Assembly (NCBI GenBank): GCA_028534125.1
Contig: CM052816.1
Location: forward strand, 94,738,001-94,802,000
Direction: 5' to 3'
DNA: 64,000 nucleotides
Source of the DNA: Lama glama
Lineage: Eukaryota
A program made the translations under genes and the position numbers. The notes under the pieces were generated by a model. The model made no database searches. It was not told the DNA's origin and saw only the letters and a program-made list of their open reading frames with translations. Of this stretch, positions 52,823 through 64,000 are shown one piece after another. How positions within the stretch are numbered: position 1 is the stretch's first letter; each line of letters opens with the position of its first letter.

Positions 52823-53444
52823 CTCTCTTTTTTTTTTTAACATTTTTTATTGATTTATAATAATTTTACAATATTGTGTCAAATTCCAGTGTAGAACACA
52901 ATTTTTCAGTTATACATGAACATATATATATTCATTGTCACATTTTTTTCTCTGTGAGCGACCGTAAGATCTTGTATATATTTCCCTATGCTATACAGTA
53001 TAATCTTGTTTATCAATTCTACAATTTTGAAATTCCAGTCTATCCCTTCCCGCCCTCCGCCCCCTTGGCAACCACAAGTTTGTATTCTATGTCTATGAGT
53101 CTGTTTCTGTTTTGTATTTATGCTTTGTTTGTTTTTGTTTTTGTTTTTGTTTTTTTTAGATTCCACATATGAGCGATCTCATATGGTATCTTTCTTTCTC
53201 TTTGTCATTCTAAGTGAAGTAAGACTCATTCTAAGTCTTACTTCACTTAGAATGACATTCTCCAGGAGCATCCATGTTGCTGCAAATGGCATTATGTTGT
53301 CGTTTTTATGGCTGCGTAGTATTCCATTGTATAAATATACCACCTCTTCTTTATCCAGTCACCTGTTGATGGACGTTTAGGCTGTCTCCATGTCTTGGCT
53401 ATTGTAAATAGTGCTGCTATGAACACTGGGGTGCAGTTGCCATC
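52823..53444 (-). mobile_element. Young L1 3' end (camelid-type 3'UTR) with TSD
   Basis: Poly-T tail and 3'UTR, plus ORF2 remnant FIAALFTIAKTWRQPK...WIKKRWYIYTMEYY. TSD agtgggtctct at 52812-52822 and 53445-53455. Confidence 0.92.
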
Positions 53445-53637
53445 AGTGGGTCTCTTACCCATGTGTGACGTTGCTGTGTACTGCTGATGGTGCTGACATT
53501 CTGAAGGTTGATATATTTCATTAAATGACATATTTTTAAAAGTCATGTTTGTTAGTATTACCAATAATATCATGAGAAAGTATTTGTATACTAGGAAATA
53601 TTTAAATTCAAGGTGGCTGGTCCAAGGTTTCCCATAT

Positions 53638-54572
53638 TCTTTTTTCTTTTCTTTTTTTTTTTAATTTAAGTATAGTCAGTTACAATGTGTCAGTTTCTGG
53701 TGTACAGCATAATGTCCCAGTCATGCATGTACATACATATATTTGTTTTCATGTTCTTTTTTCTTAAAGTTTATTACAGGATATTGAATATAGTTCCCTG
53801 TGCTATACAGAAGAAATCTGTTTTTTAATCTATTTTTATATATAGTGGTTATCATTTGCAAATCTCAAACTCCCAGATTTATCCCTTCTTCTCCCTTTTC
53901 CCCCAGTAACCATAAGATTACTTCCTATATCTGCAACTCTGTTTCTGTTTCGTAGATGAATTCATTAGTGTCCACTTTTTCCTTTTTTTTTTCTTTTTTA
54001 GATTCATATGAGTGATATACAGTATTTTTCTTTCTGGCTTACTTCACTTAGAATGATAATCTCTAGGTCCATCCATGTTGCTGCAAATGGCATTATTTTA
54101 TTCTTTTTAATGGCTGAGTAGTATTCCATCACATAAATATACCACAACTTCTTTATCCAGTCATCTGTCCATGGACATTTAGGTTGCTTCCATGTCTTGG
54201 CTATTGTATATAGTGCTGCTGTGAACACTGGGGTTCGTGTATCTTTTCAAATTAGTCCCACTGGATATATGCCCAGCAGTAGGATTGCTGGGTCATAGGG
54301 GAGGTCTATTTTTAGTTTTTTCAGGAATCTCCATACTGTTTTCTGTAAAGGCTGCACCAAACTGCATTCCCACCAGCAGTGCAGGAGGGTTCCCTTTTCT
54401 CCACACTCTCTCCGGCATTTATTGTTTGTGGACTTTTGAATGACGGCCATTCTGACTGGTATGAGGTGATACCTCATTGTAGTTTTGGTTTTCATTTCTC
54501 TGATAATTAGTGATATTGAGGATTTTTTCATGTACCTGTTGGCCTCTTGTATGTCTTCATTGGAGAACTGCT
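53638..54572 (-). mobile_element. L1 3' end including the ORF2 C-terminal cysteine-rich region (degenerate)
   Basis: Minus-strand translations SLIIREMKTKTTMRYHL...[25 protein letters not shown]...[14 protein letters not shown] and MFTAALYTIAKTWKQPKCP. Confidence 0.93.
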
Positions 54573-56075
54573 TAATTAATATTGTCATGGAAGTTTGAAT
54601 ACTGTCAGTTACTTTCCTTGAAGACAGGGGCTCACTTTGTCCATCGTGGTTCATAAGAAAATGCCTGCAAATACTCAAGACTGAGTAACCGTAGCTTGTC
54701 TGTCAGTCTTTCTTTGGAGTAAAACTAGTGTCCCATGAAGAGAGCGGCTGGCTCATTTCACATCTCGGCACACAAGCAAGTGCTTCTACAGGAGAGAATC
54801 GTCATAAAGCAGAAGCGCTTTATGCGTTGTTTCCATTTTATCACCTAGAATATTAAAAAGAAGTGCAATCAAGGGTCAAGATTTAATAAAATTAATCAAT
54901 TTTACTGCTGTGTCAAGGACATTCTTAATTGGAACTGGCACTTTTTTTTTTAACTGCCAGTATGTGACAGTGACGAATATAATGGCTGCAGGGATCAGTT
55001 TGATGTCGCTGGCTTGATTTCTGCAAACGTACCAGCAGTTTTACCCACCATTGCCTCTGCAGCTTCGGGGGGAATGTCAACAACGTCAGAAGTCCAAATA
55101 AGACCTTGGTATTGATCTGACAATAGTCTTATCCTTAGAGGTTCCGGGAAAGGAGTCCAGGGGTTCCTGGACCAGACTTTGAGAACTGCTTCTTTAGATT
55201 TAGCCCTGGTCTGTGCTGGTTTGAGGATAGCTTTCCCACAAAGAGAGTTTTCCAGAACAACTCCCAACTCTGCCCTAGGATATCTTTTTTAAAAAGACAG
55301 TACACATTTCTTTGAGGAGCATGGTTAATGCTTAAAGAAAAGGCAGTTATGTTCCGTATTCACTACTTTGCATAATTCTCTCTTTGAAATAGCGAGGAAA
55401 TGTTTGGGTTGTTAGTTGCTTTGTCATGTAGTCACACACTGCGTGTGAAGATGAAGTATAAACTTTGAAATGTTTTCAGAATTCAGTTTTTTCATTATTT
55501 GTGCACAGTGTGATGCTACCATTTTAATGGTATGTTTGCATTGTAAAAGAAACAGTAAAAAATGTGCAGCCAAGCATGTTCGATTCGTTTATGACTCGTT
55601 TCGTTTTAAATAACACGGCTGATAAATGAGATAAAAATAAGATTGCCTTTGGGACCTTCTCTGTGAACAGGGGCTTGTCTGAAATCAAATGCATTGTTTT
55701 ATTCAAGTTTCTGTTTCCATGGTTCACCTTAAGGAGTATCTTAAGTGCAAACTCTGCAATATTGTGCACCAGAGCTGGTGTGAGGGCCGTGAGGGCCACC
55801 TGCATGCGACCTTGTCCCAGCCTGGGAAGGCGTCAGGAGAGGTCCTCCAGAGGCCAGGAGTTGAGTAGCTATGAACTTGAGTTTTGGAGTCACAGACATT
55901 TTCGTTTGCTCTGCTGTTTATAAGCGGGGTGATGGCTTCAGTACATCATTTTTCTAAGCTTTTGTTTCCAGCTGTAAAATGTGCACCCCTAACTGTCGGT
56001 GACCCCATGGTTACTGTGAGCATTACTGTGAACTCTACACCTGAAAAGCCTTCTTGCACGTTGGTTGGGACTCAG

Positions 56076-56480
56076 TGTGTTAGTTTATGGGGGCTGCCAA
56101 AGCAAAGTGCCACACACTGATGGGCTTAAACTATAGAAATTCACTGTCTCGGTTCTGGAAGCTGGAAGTCTGAGATCAGGCCGTTGGCAGAGTCGCACTC
56201 CTTCTGAACACGCTAAGGGAGGATCTGTTGCAGGGGTCTCGAGTAGCTTCAGGGAGCTCCACACTGAACACCGTGCTCTCCCTGGGTGCACGTCAGTGCC
56301 CAAAAGATCGCTTGTTATAGGAACGCCAACCGGTCATACTGGATAAGGGGCCCACCCTTCTCCAGGGTGACTTCATCTTAGCTGTGTCTACAGTGACCTG
56401 AATAAAGACACATTCTGAAGTATCGGGGGGTCAGGACTTTAACATGTCAATTTGGGGGAGATACAGCTCAACAAGTAACA
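56076..56480 (-). mobile_element. MLT1 (B/C-like) LTR
   Basis: tgtgttagttt ... ggctgcc ... gccacacactgatgggcttaaac ... ttctggaagctggaagtctgagatca ... aggactttaacat. Confidence 0.85.
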
Positions 56481-56680
56481 GTTAGTAAACTGTTGCTAAC
56501 TGGAAGGCTTTGTGATTGCTGTTCTGTTGTCATATTGCAATGCGGGTAACTCTTCAATTTGAGCAGAAGTTGGAACTGAGGACAGCTGTAAGGTTCTAGT
56601 TTTGACGACTGGATTGAGACATCCCGGCCATGAACGGAGATGGAGACTCGAAAGAGAGGAGTGGATGGATCAGGGGTGTG

Positions 56681-56682
<2 letters not shown>

Positions 56683-56714
<32 letters not shown>
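56683..56714. repeat. (TG)16 microsatellite
   Basis: Perfect dinucleotide run. Confidence 0.95.
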
Positions 56715-56715
<1 letters not shown>

Positions 56716-56849
56716 TTTAGGAAAATTCTGTATATCTGGTTGGTGTAGCAAGTAAAACTTGTAACTGCAGTCCTGTAGAGAACATGGGATTAAGACACAC
56801 TTTCGCCAGCCCTCGGAAAATAGTTGTGTCTGTATGTTACATACGTATG

Positions 56850-57520
56850 CCTTCATTCATTCCACAGACGGAATTCCCAACTGCCTGTTTTGTACTTGGT
56901 ACCAGGCGTTCTGGTAATTTTTGTTCCAGGTTATCAGGTATTTGGAAGATTGGGGAAACCGAGAAGTCATAAAACTAGAGACATGTTCGAAGAAAACTGC
57001 ATAGACTAATGCGACAGCAGCCACAGGGAAATCCTGGAGATTTATCTGGAGAGAGGTTGGAGCCTCTAAGTAGAGAAGGACCTGACTTTTTTTTTTCCTT
57101 TAAGTTTAATTTTTTTTTTTCCCCTAAAGGCAATGGGAAAGTGTTGAGGGCTTTAAGCAGGAAACTGGCATGTACAAGACTGTATTTTAGGAAGGCTGAT
57201 CAGGAAGTAATTGTGGACTGGATTGGAAGTGGTGGACACTGGCCCAGTGAACTCAAAGGATGATTCAGTTCATCCCCAGGAAAGGGCTAACACTTGGGAC
57301 CAATGAATAGGAGGAAACTCGTGGAGGAAATCACGTTGGTATTTGGAAACTGAGCGTAAATGGTGAGCAGGCGATCAGAATTCACTCTAAACTTTCTTGC
57401 CCGGGGTAATGAGAAGCCCTGGCATTGCTGAAAAATAACTGAAGGAGGGAAATTCAGAGAGGACTGGGTCTGTGGGAAGAAGTCGCTCTCAGGATTGGAC
57501 GCCTTGCCTTTGGTGGAGGC
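56850..57520 (-). mobile_element. L2 fragments
   Basis: ttcattcattccacaga start; ggcaatgggaaagtgttgagggctttaagcagg; tgtattttaggaag. Confidence 0.55.
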
Positions 57521-60079
57521 ATCCCGCTCGGAGGTGAGCCTGGGCCAGAAGCGTGACCTAGTGATGTCAGGAAGGCCCCCGACCAGCAGCCAGTGAACAC
57601 GCCCTTCCCTGAGGACGGTTAATACTTGACGCCTTTATCTTAGCATCTCTGCGTGTCTCCAGTTTCTGTCTCCCCAGTAGCTTAACTTCATCTGTCAAGA
57701 CCCTAATGCAGACAAAATGCTAATTCCCTGGGACTCTGCTAACATCAACAGTGCAATTAAAGCTCACAGAACTGGTTGCCATCAAGTGTCCCTTATCAGG
57801 GGCCCAGCACATCCTACTTGACTCTATTAAGTTAAAGAAACAGCTGAGGTTACTTTTGGTTAAACCTGTAAAGCTCTTTGACTCGGGTGTTGATTTCCGT
57901 CCTGTGACATACGAGAGGGATCTGAGCACGAGGGTCGACTTCGGAGATCCCATGGCAGGACCGATAATGGGTAGAACAGATGTTCTCAGGGAAGCTTTTC
58001 CTTTCATGTGGTCCTTTTATAGTTTTTAAAAAGCCCTCTCTGAAGGTCAATTATGGTTTCATTCAGGACCCTGTGTTCATCTGACGCCATGAAATTGGGG
58101 GTGTTTATTTGAATGAGGTCATTCATATATGGTTAAAATGTAGCTCTCAGTATAAAAGTGGTCATTATTTGAAGGAATAAAGACGTAGTGGAAATACAAA
58201 TGGTCAAAGATAAGCAGTCACCTTTGCTGTTGAAACCAAAGGTGTGTGCGAAATGCCCTTTTGTTGATGATGTGAGCAGCAAATCCCCAGTGCTGAGAAG
58301 GAGGCCTCAGTCATGTGTGGTTAGTGGCGCTCTTTTTTGGGGGCAAGAGCAGCCTCTTACATCCCTCACAGGTGGTTCTAAACAACATTAAAAGCCTGCT
58401 GTGTTCTCATAGAGCTATTTTGAGACAGGATGCTGGTTTAAATGGCTTAGACTTCTGTAGTAAGAGAGTGGATCTTTGCCCACGAGTAGGGGAAAGTTGG
58501 TACAAATGAATACCGTAAGACTATGTAAAAATGGAGATGCTCTCCAGGAGTGTGCAGTAGACATCCATCAGTATCTGTGTCCAGAACAGCAGCTGCTTCT
58601 CTTCTGGAAAATGTGTTTGTCTGTGTTCTATCCATGTGGTTACCAGGGGAGCAGCCGTTATCCGAGGCTGCAGGAGGACGGTGGTTTTTCCAGCAGTGAC
58701 CAGTGACAGTGTCCCTCCTTCTGCTGACAGGGACTGACTGCTCTAGGATTCAGCTCCTTGCCCAGGCAGAGCTTGTGAGAGCCCTTTCCTAGAAGTTTTA
58801 GACTTGGGACCAAAAAGGATGATGTGCATTTATGTTTATCTCTGGTGGTGAAGCGTGAGGAGCCGGGGCCAAGGCAGTCCTTGGAAGAGATCAGGGCCAG
58901 CATGTGGAGAGAAGCGGTGATGGGGACCCAGGAGAGAGGGCCCCCGAGGCTCCTTCGGAGCTGGCCCTCCTGGAGCTTCCCGAAGCCGGCAGACAAGCTC
59001 CCAGGCCTGGGGAGCCGCTCTCCTTTGCTCGCTTGTTGGTTCCTCCTCTTGGTATTGTTGTCACTTGCAACCAAAGGATTCTGCTCAACGCGAAAGAATG
59101 CAGAGTGCGGAACTTGACCTGCAGGAGGATGTCTGTACTCGTCATGCTGAGCGCTGTTTGCGAGTGAGAAGGTGCTCTGCTGGGAGTAGGTAACTTTCCC
59201 CATGCTCAACTGGTGTTCTTTTGACTAAATTCAACTTGGTAAGAGAAGATGCCACATGCAGTCTAATCGGAAAGTGTGGCATGTTTTCATCGTGCTGCCA
59301 AATAGTTACTCTTTCTCTGGGAAATGGCATCAGAGCCTGAGGTCAGGATATGGGCCCCAAGGAGCATCTGAGTGAAAGTTTAAGAGACAAGACACATTTC
59401 ATTCCTGTCGTGGACCCCTGGTGACCCCTGGCATCGTGTCGAGAGGAAGGATGTTTTCTTCAACTTTCTAGGAAGGCTGGTCTAGATGAGTGATTTTTGA
59501 ACTGCAGGTTGCAACCTGTTAGTAGGGATTATGAAATCAAGTTTGTAAAAGGAGAAACAGAGAGAGAGAAAGAAGCCATGACACAGTGAAAGAGGTCAGA
59601 TTGCATCACCTGTACTAAGAATAAAGCTTTATGGCCTTTGTGCTTATTTGCATACTCAGTACATATGTAATAAATGTGAATGTGTGTGTATATGTGTGTG
59701 AACATGTGCATAAGCTTTAGCTGCCAAGTACAATATATTTCTTGGCATAGAGTGCAAGGAAAAAAATGGAAAACAAATGGTGGGCTGGGCCAGTGTCCCA
59801 GGGGACGTGAGATCAGCCGACCGCTCAGCTGCTTGGGAAACAGTGGGGGTCTCAGGATTGCAGGCTGATGCTCAGGCCATGGTGGATCTTGACCACCTTC
59901 AGGTGGGCCTCTCGGCCTCTCGTCACCGCCCAGGCCCGCTGCTCACCTCCCCACCGCCAGCCTCCCCCCAGGCTGCTTCCTCGGCCGGGCTTGTCCTGCC
60001 TTCTCTCCTCTGACCACCCTGCTTTCCCCATGCAACCCGGTCATTCCCACCGGCCCTAGTGATCTCTCGTCTCTAGCTC

Positions 60080-60460
60080 TGGACTAAGTTGGGACCCCTG
60101 AAAGCCGCACCTGAGACAAAGGCGTGGGTGCAGGCTGTGCGTTTAGGAAGTGATTCCAAAAAGTGGGAGAGTTGAGGCAGGAAGGAGGGAAAAATATTAA
60201 GGGTTGACATCAGGGTCCCTTCCATCGAGGGCGCTGAGTGAGGAGCTGAATTCTAGGAAACAAGCAGAATGCTTTGCCTAGTGGTCCAGGGAGGTGGACT
60301 GTGCCCCCTCCAGGTTCCAGTGGTTTCGGGCTGTCTGGGGGCGTTAACTGCCCTGCACTTCTGGGCTGCGCCTACTTAGTGCCAAGTGGTCTGGCGTGGT
60401 TTGGGGAAGGTTCCAGGCAGGAAGCTACAAGACCATGGCAGATACACCTGTGTCACCTGA
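60080..60460. mobile_element. Old ERVL-type LTR (LTR33-like)
   Basis: cctgagacaaaggcgtgggtgcagg ... tttaggaagtgattcc ... aggcaggaaggagggaaaa. Confidence 0.45.
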
Positions 60461-61599
60461 GCTCCCAGGGGAACGTCCCCTGCAGTGGTGGCTGCAATTA
60501 GAGGTGGGCCAGGAGGCGCCAAGAAGCTTCCTCTCTGCCCCGTGTGGCACTCCACTTGGACTTGGGCACCGTCCATCTCGAGAAATAACAAAGGCAGGAA
60601 TGGGCTCCAGGATCCTGAGTCCTGCTGCCGCCTGCTCCTCCCACGGTCCCACCCCGCCACCAGCACAGATTTTATTTGGCAACCTTTCTGACCTGTTCTT
60701 TGATTGGACAAATTTATCGGATACTCCCTTGAGTGTCCACATTTTGTAGCATTAAAAAACCTCTGAATTTACAAGTGAAAGTTACTGGTTTTCTACCCAA
60801 AAGAAGCATTCTTGCTGTCTCACATGAATTATTTACGTCTCTTGGAAGAATGTTGAACATGCAGGTTCATTTCCATCCCCAGCCTCTCATCGCTTCAGGA
60901 ATCCAGTAGTAGAGGCATCCTGGGGATTACGGATGCTGACAACAGGAAGGATAAATCACCGAGAACTCTGGTCCCTCATGGAGAAGAGGCTCGTGTTCAG
61001 ATGAGCTTTCCTGGAGCACACGTACATCGGGCTGGTCTGCTTATGACATGAGGATCCAAACACAAGTGTTTCCATAAAACGTAGAGAAGATTTAGTGCCT
61101 TGGAGTCTGCCTCTGCTTTGATTCGATTTCAGCATTTTCTTCTAACCTCAGTGGGATTTAGAAGTGACAAAATCCTAGTTATAGACCTTTCAGATTTGTA
61201 AGCAAATCTGCGCTAGGTGTGGTTTTGCAGAACACACTTTTTTAGGCATAGATTGATTGACTTAACTGCACATGCGTAATGGAGACGCGGTGGGGGGGGT
61301 TCATTGCCCTAATTAGCCTTTGTGTCTCCTGGGGCTCATGACAAGAAGATATCTTGAGCTGATTTCAGTTATGGATGTAAAAATAAGCACTCCTGCCATC
61401 CACCGGAACTCCTGGTCATCAAAATAAGTGTTTGCTTTTTGGAAGCACCAGTCCCTCTTCCTACACCATGAGGGTGACAACTTAAGAACCTTGAAACCGA
61501 GTGTTACTCTTCTGCCACCCAAGAGCCATTGCTGTGTTGCAAATTCACTTGCAAATAAAAGAGGAGAATTTGCAATATAAATCCCTTCTTGGTGTTCAT

Positions 61600-62020
61600 C
61601 AAGCTCAGTCATGATCTCATTCCTGTTTCTCTTTCCAGCCTTCTCTTTTATTAATGACCCTTTACCACTGTGCTAAGCTCCTCCCACAGACAGTGGATGT
61701 CACTCCCCCTACCCCTGTAAACCTGCTTTCTCTCACATAGGAGCGTTTAGACAGTGCTGCTCCCTATGTTAAATGTCTTCTTGCCCCCTGTTTAGAACTG
61801 TGCTCAAATGCCATCTCTTCCAGGAAGCCCTCCTTGGTTCGCAGCCTGGATGAGGTGCCCTGTATAGCCCAACACACTCTGCGGTACTCTTTCTGGCTCA
61901 CTGCTCCTGTCCCTGACAGGCAGGCATACTGATTTAAAGCAGAGTCTCTGCTTTGTTCAGTGGTGTCCCCAGAACCTAGCGCTGGGCTAGGCCAGCAGTA
62001 GGAACTGAAATGGACATACT
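61600..62020 (+). mobile_element. L2 3' fragment
   Basis: ctcaaatgccatctcttccaggaagccctcc ... tgttcagtggtgtccccagaacctagc ... cagtagg. Confidence 0.65.
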
Positions 62021-63382
62021 TGCTTTGCTGGAGTGTCTGCCTTTAGCAGTGTCTGAAGCTACACTATCTTAGACACCCCCCCAGGAGCCCTTATATCTTA
62101 CAGAATAGAAGTTGCTATAGTTTTAGACATTTTTCATTGTACCGAATCAACCTGAAATGTGATAATGTCCAGATTGCCCTATCCACTGTTGCTTATTCTT
62201 TTAACAAAGCTAGTTCTTGGCCCTCAGTTCCTCTCTGCCTTCGGGGATGTTTCATTTCCATAAAGTGCATCTATGACTTTACCTCCATGGTATCTTAAAT
62301 ATTAGGCTATCACTGCTAATTTGCCCAATGCTTATGGCAGACAGAACTAGGTATGTCAAAAGATCTGTATACAGCCAAGACCACCGTATAGGTTATCTTA
62401 AAGTTAGTATGTGTCTGATGACTGACAGCCCATATAATAACACACGTACACACATACCACACACAAAGAAAGACTGATTTACATCACAAGGATTTTAATT
62501 AGAATTTTATTAGTATAATTGACGTGGTGTTAAAATTAATTAGCAGTTTTTTTTTCTTGAAGGCACACTAGAAAACAGTATGAGCTGTTTATACACAAAA
62601 GCAAGAACATGAATGTAGATGATTTTCAGTATATCAGTGTCATTTAGTATGTGTGTTTCTTTTGGAATTCTCATCTTGTAGGACTTTAAATATACAGCAG
62701 GTGGTTCCCATATCACATCACCTTAAAATATTGGCATAATATTTCATGCAAAAGAGAAATAACCTGCAGCCATGAATCTGCCTCCAGTAACATAATAACT
62801 TAGAATGTGCTGAATTATTTAAGTGTCATACCTGAGTGGTATCTGACATGGTCCAGAAACCAATACAGCATATTTTTCTCTAATTCATAATAAAAAACAC
62901 ATTGTAAATTATAATGTGCATCAGGATATAAATTATTTTCTGTTACAAAATAAAAATAAAAACGACAGCCTAGGAAAATGGATAATTTGCATTGACTGTA
63001 TCAACTGATTGATGTAGAGTTTTTATTCTGATATCACACTTCAGTGGAGTTTTTAGAGCTGGTCCAGTGATTTAAATGATAATTGAGGAAAATCAAGTCG
63101 TCTTCTTCTTATGCTAGAAAATGAGGCTTGTTCACTTTCCTGAAAAATGAAACTCACTTGAAATGCAACTCTCAGAATTGTCTGTCTGTCCCCCAGTACT
63201 TCTTGCATGTTAAAGTGGATTTTAAACCATCTTCTGCAGTGACAGGAAGGTTGTGTATGGCCCACTCTTCACTACACTGAGAAGTAAGTAGGACGCCACC
63301 TTGGACAGCTCCGGGGATGTTATTCACATATATGTGTCCATAAACTGCCTTGTGTGTTTGCAATATTTACATTATCAGCATA

Positions 63383-63783
63383 TCTGTGAGTCAGGCCTCT
63401 CCAAAGAAACAGAGCCAACAGGGTGTATAGATAAAGAGAGAGATATATTTCAGGAATTGGTTCATACTATTGTGAAGTGTGAGCAAGGCCAAAATCTGCA
63501 GGGTAGGTCATCAGGCTAGAGACCCAGGGAAGAGTTGTGGTTTGAATCCTAAGGCAGTCTGCTGGCAGAATTCCCTCTCCTTCCTGGAAAGTCAGTCTTT
63601 TTCTATTCATGCCTTCGACTGATTTGATGAGGCCCACCCACATTATGGAGAGCAGTCTGCTTTACTCCAAGTCTTCTGATTTAAATGTTAATCTCATCTC
63701 AAAAATACTGTCACAGAAACATCTGGGATAGTGTCCAACCAAATATCTGAGTACCACTTTGACACATAACAGTAATTATAATA
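63383..63783 (-). mobile_element. MLT2 (ERVL) LTR
   Basis: tctccaaagaaacagagccaacagg ... aggaattggttca ... aaaatctgcaggg ... gatgaggcccacccacattatggag ... ctgatttaaatgttaatctcatct. Confidence 0.88.
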
Positions 63784-64000
63784 ACCTCATACTGCATAGA
63801 TATAGATATGGGTATAGATGTAGATCCACCTGAAACTTGTTTTTATGACTCAACATTGTTGTTGAGATTTGTCCACATGGATGTATATACGCATATTTCA
63901 TGCATTTTTCTGCTTTGTAAAGTGTTCCTTACATGCATAGACCACAATGTATTTATCTGTTCTCTGAAAGTAGTTAGATGGTTTCCACACTCTTCTTGGT

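Larger units (their letters stand above)
52247..55191. mobile_element. Charlie1-like hAT transposon split by two L1 insertions
   Basis: TIR cagtggttctcaaa at 52247 and tttgagaactgct at 55178-55190. Charlie1-type internal motifs (gaaaatctggcctcacacagatatgtagttggaaaagg; ccagcagttttacccaccattgc) continue across the L1 inserts. Confidence 0.78.

Noticed and set aside
54004..54678. Protein-coding ORFs with a Cys/His motif
   Set aside because: Broken L1 ORF2 C-terminal remnants, not host genes
58658..59209. 183-aa minus-strand ORF
   Set aside because: GC-rich stretch with ORFs in several frames and no recognisable protein; consistent with chance

Overview
Mammalian genomic DNA, most likely a camelid (alpaca/llama/camel), judged from a tRNA-Ala(AGC)-derived SINE, young L1 3' ends and no recognisable Alu, Bov-tA or PRE elements. 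The window lies inside CTNND2 (delta-catenin) on the + strand. It holds one 256-bp internal coding exon (10623-10878, ...[17 protein letters not shown]...SIDSIQKDP(R), just upstream of the armadillo repeats). The rest is intron filled with interspersed repeats: L1 3' fragments, L2, MIR, MLT1/MLT2 LTRs, and hAT and Tigger DNA transposons. Apart from L1 ORF2 remnants, the other ORFs in the track look spurious. I found no evidence of a novel multi-gene system. The best second-look items are small: (1) an in-frame upstream splice acceptor that would add 22 aa to the exon; (2) a perfect 24-bp hairpin made by a templated insertion inside a young L1; (3) a short interstitial telomeric array with a polar decay gradient; (4) a ~77-nt foldback built around TAATTA sites; (5) a MER53 copy carrying a miR-1302-like 21-mer. 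Repeat family names come from remembered consensus sequences, not a database search, and boundaries of old repeats are approximate.
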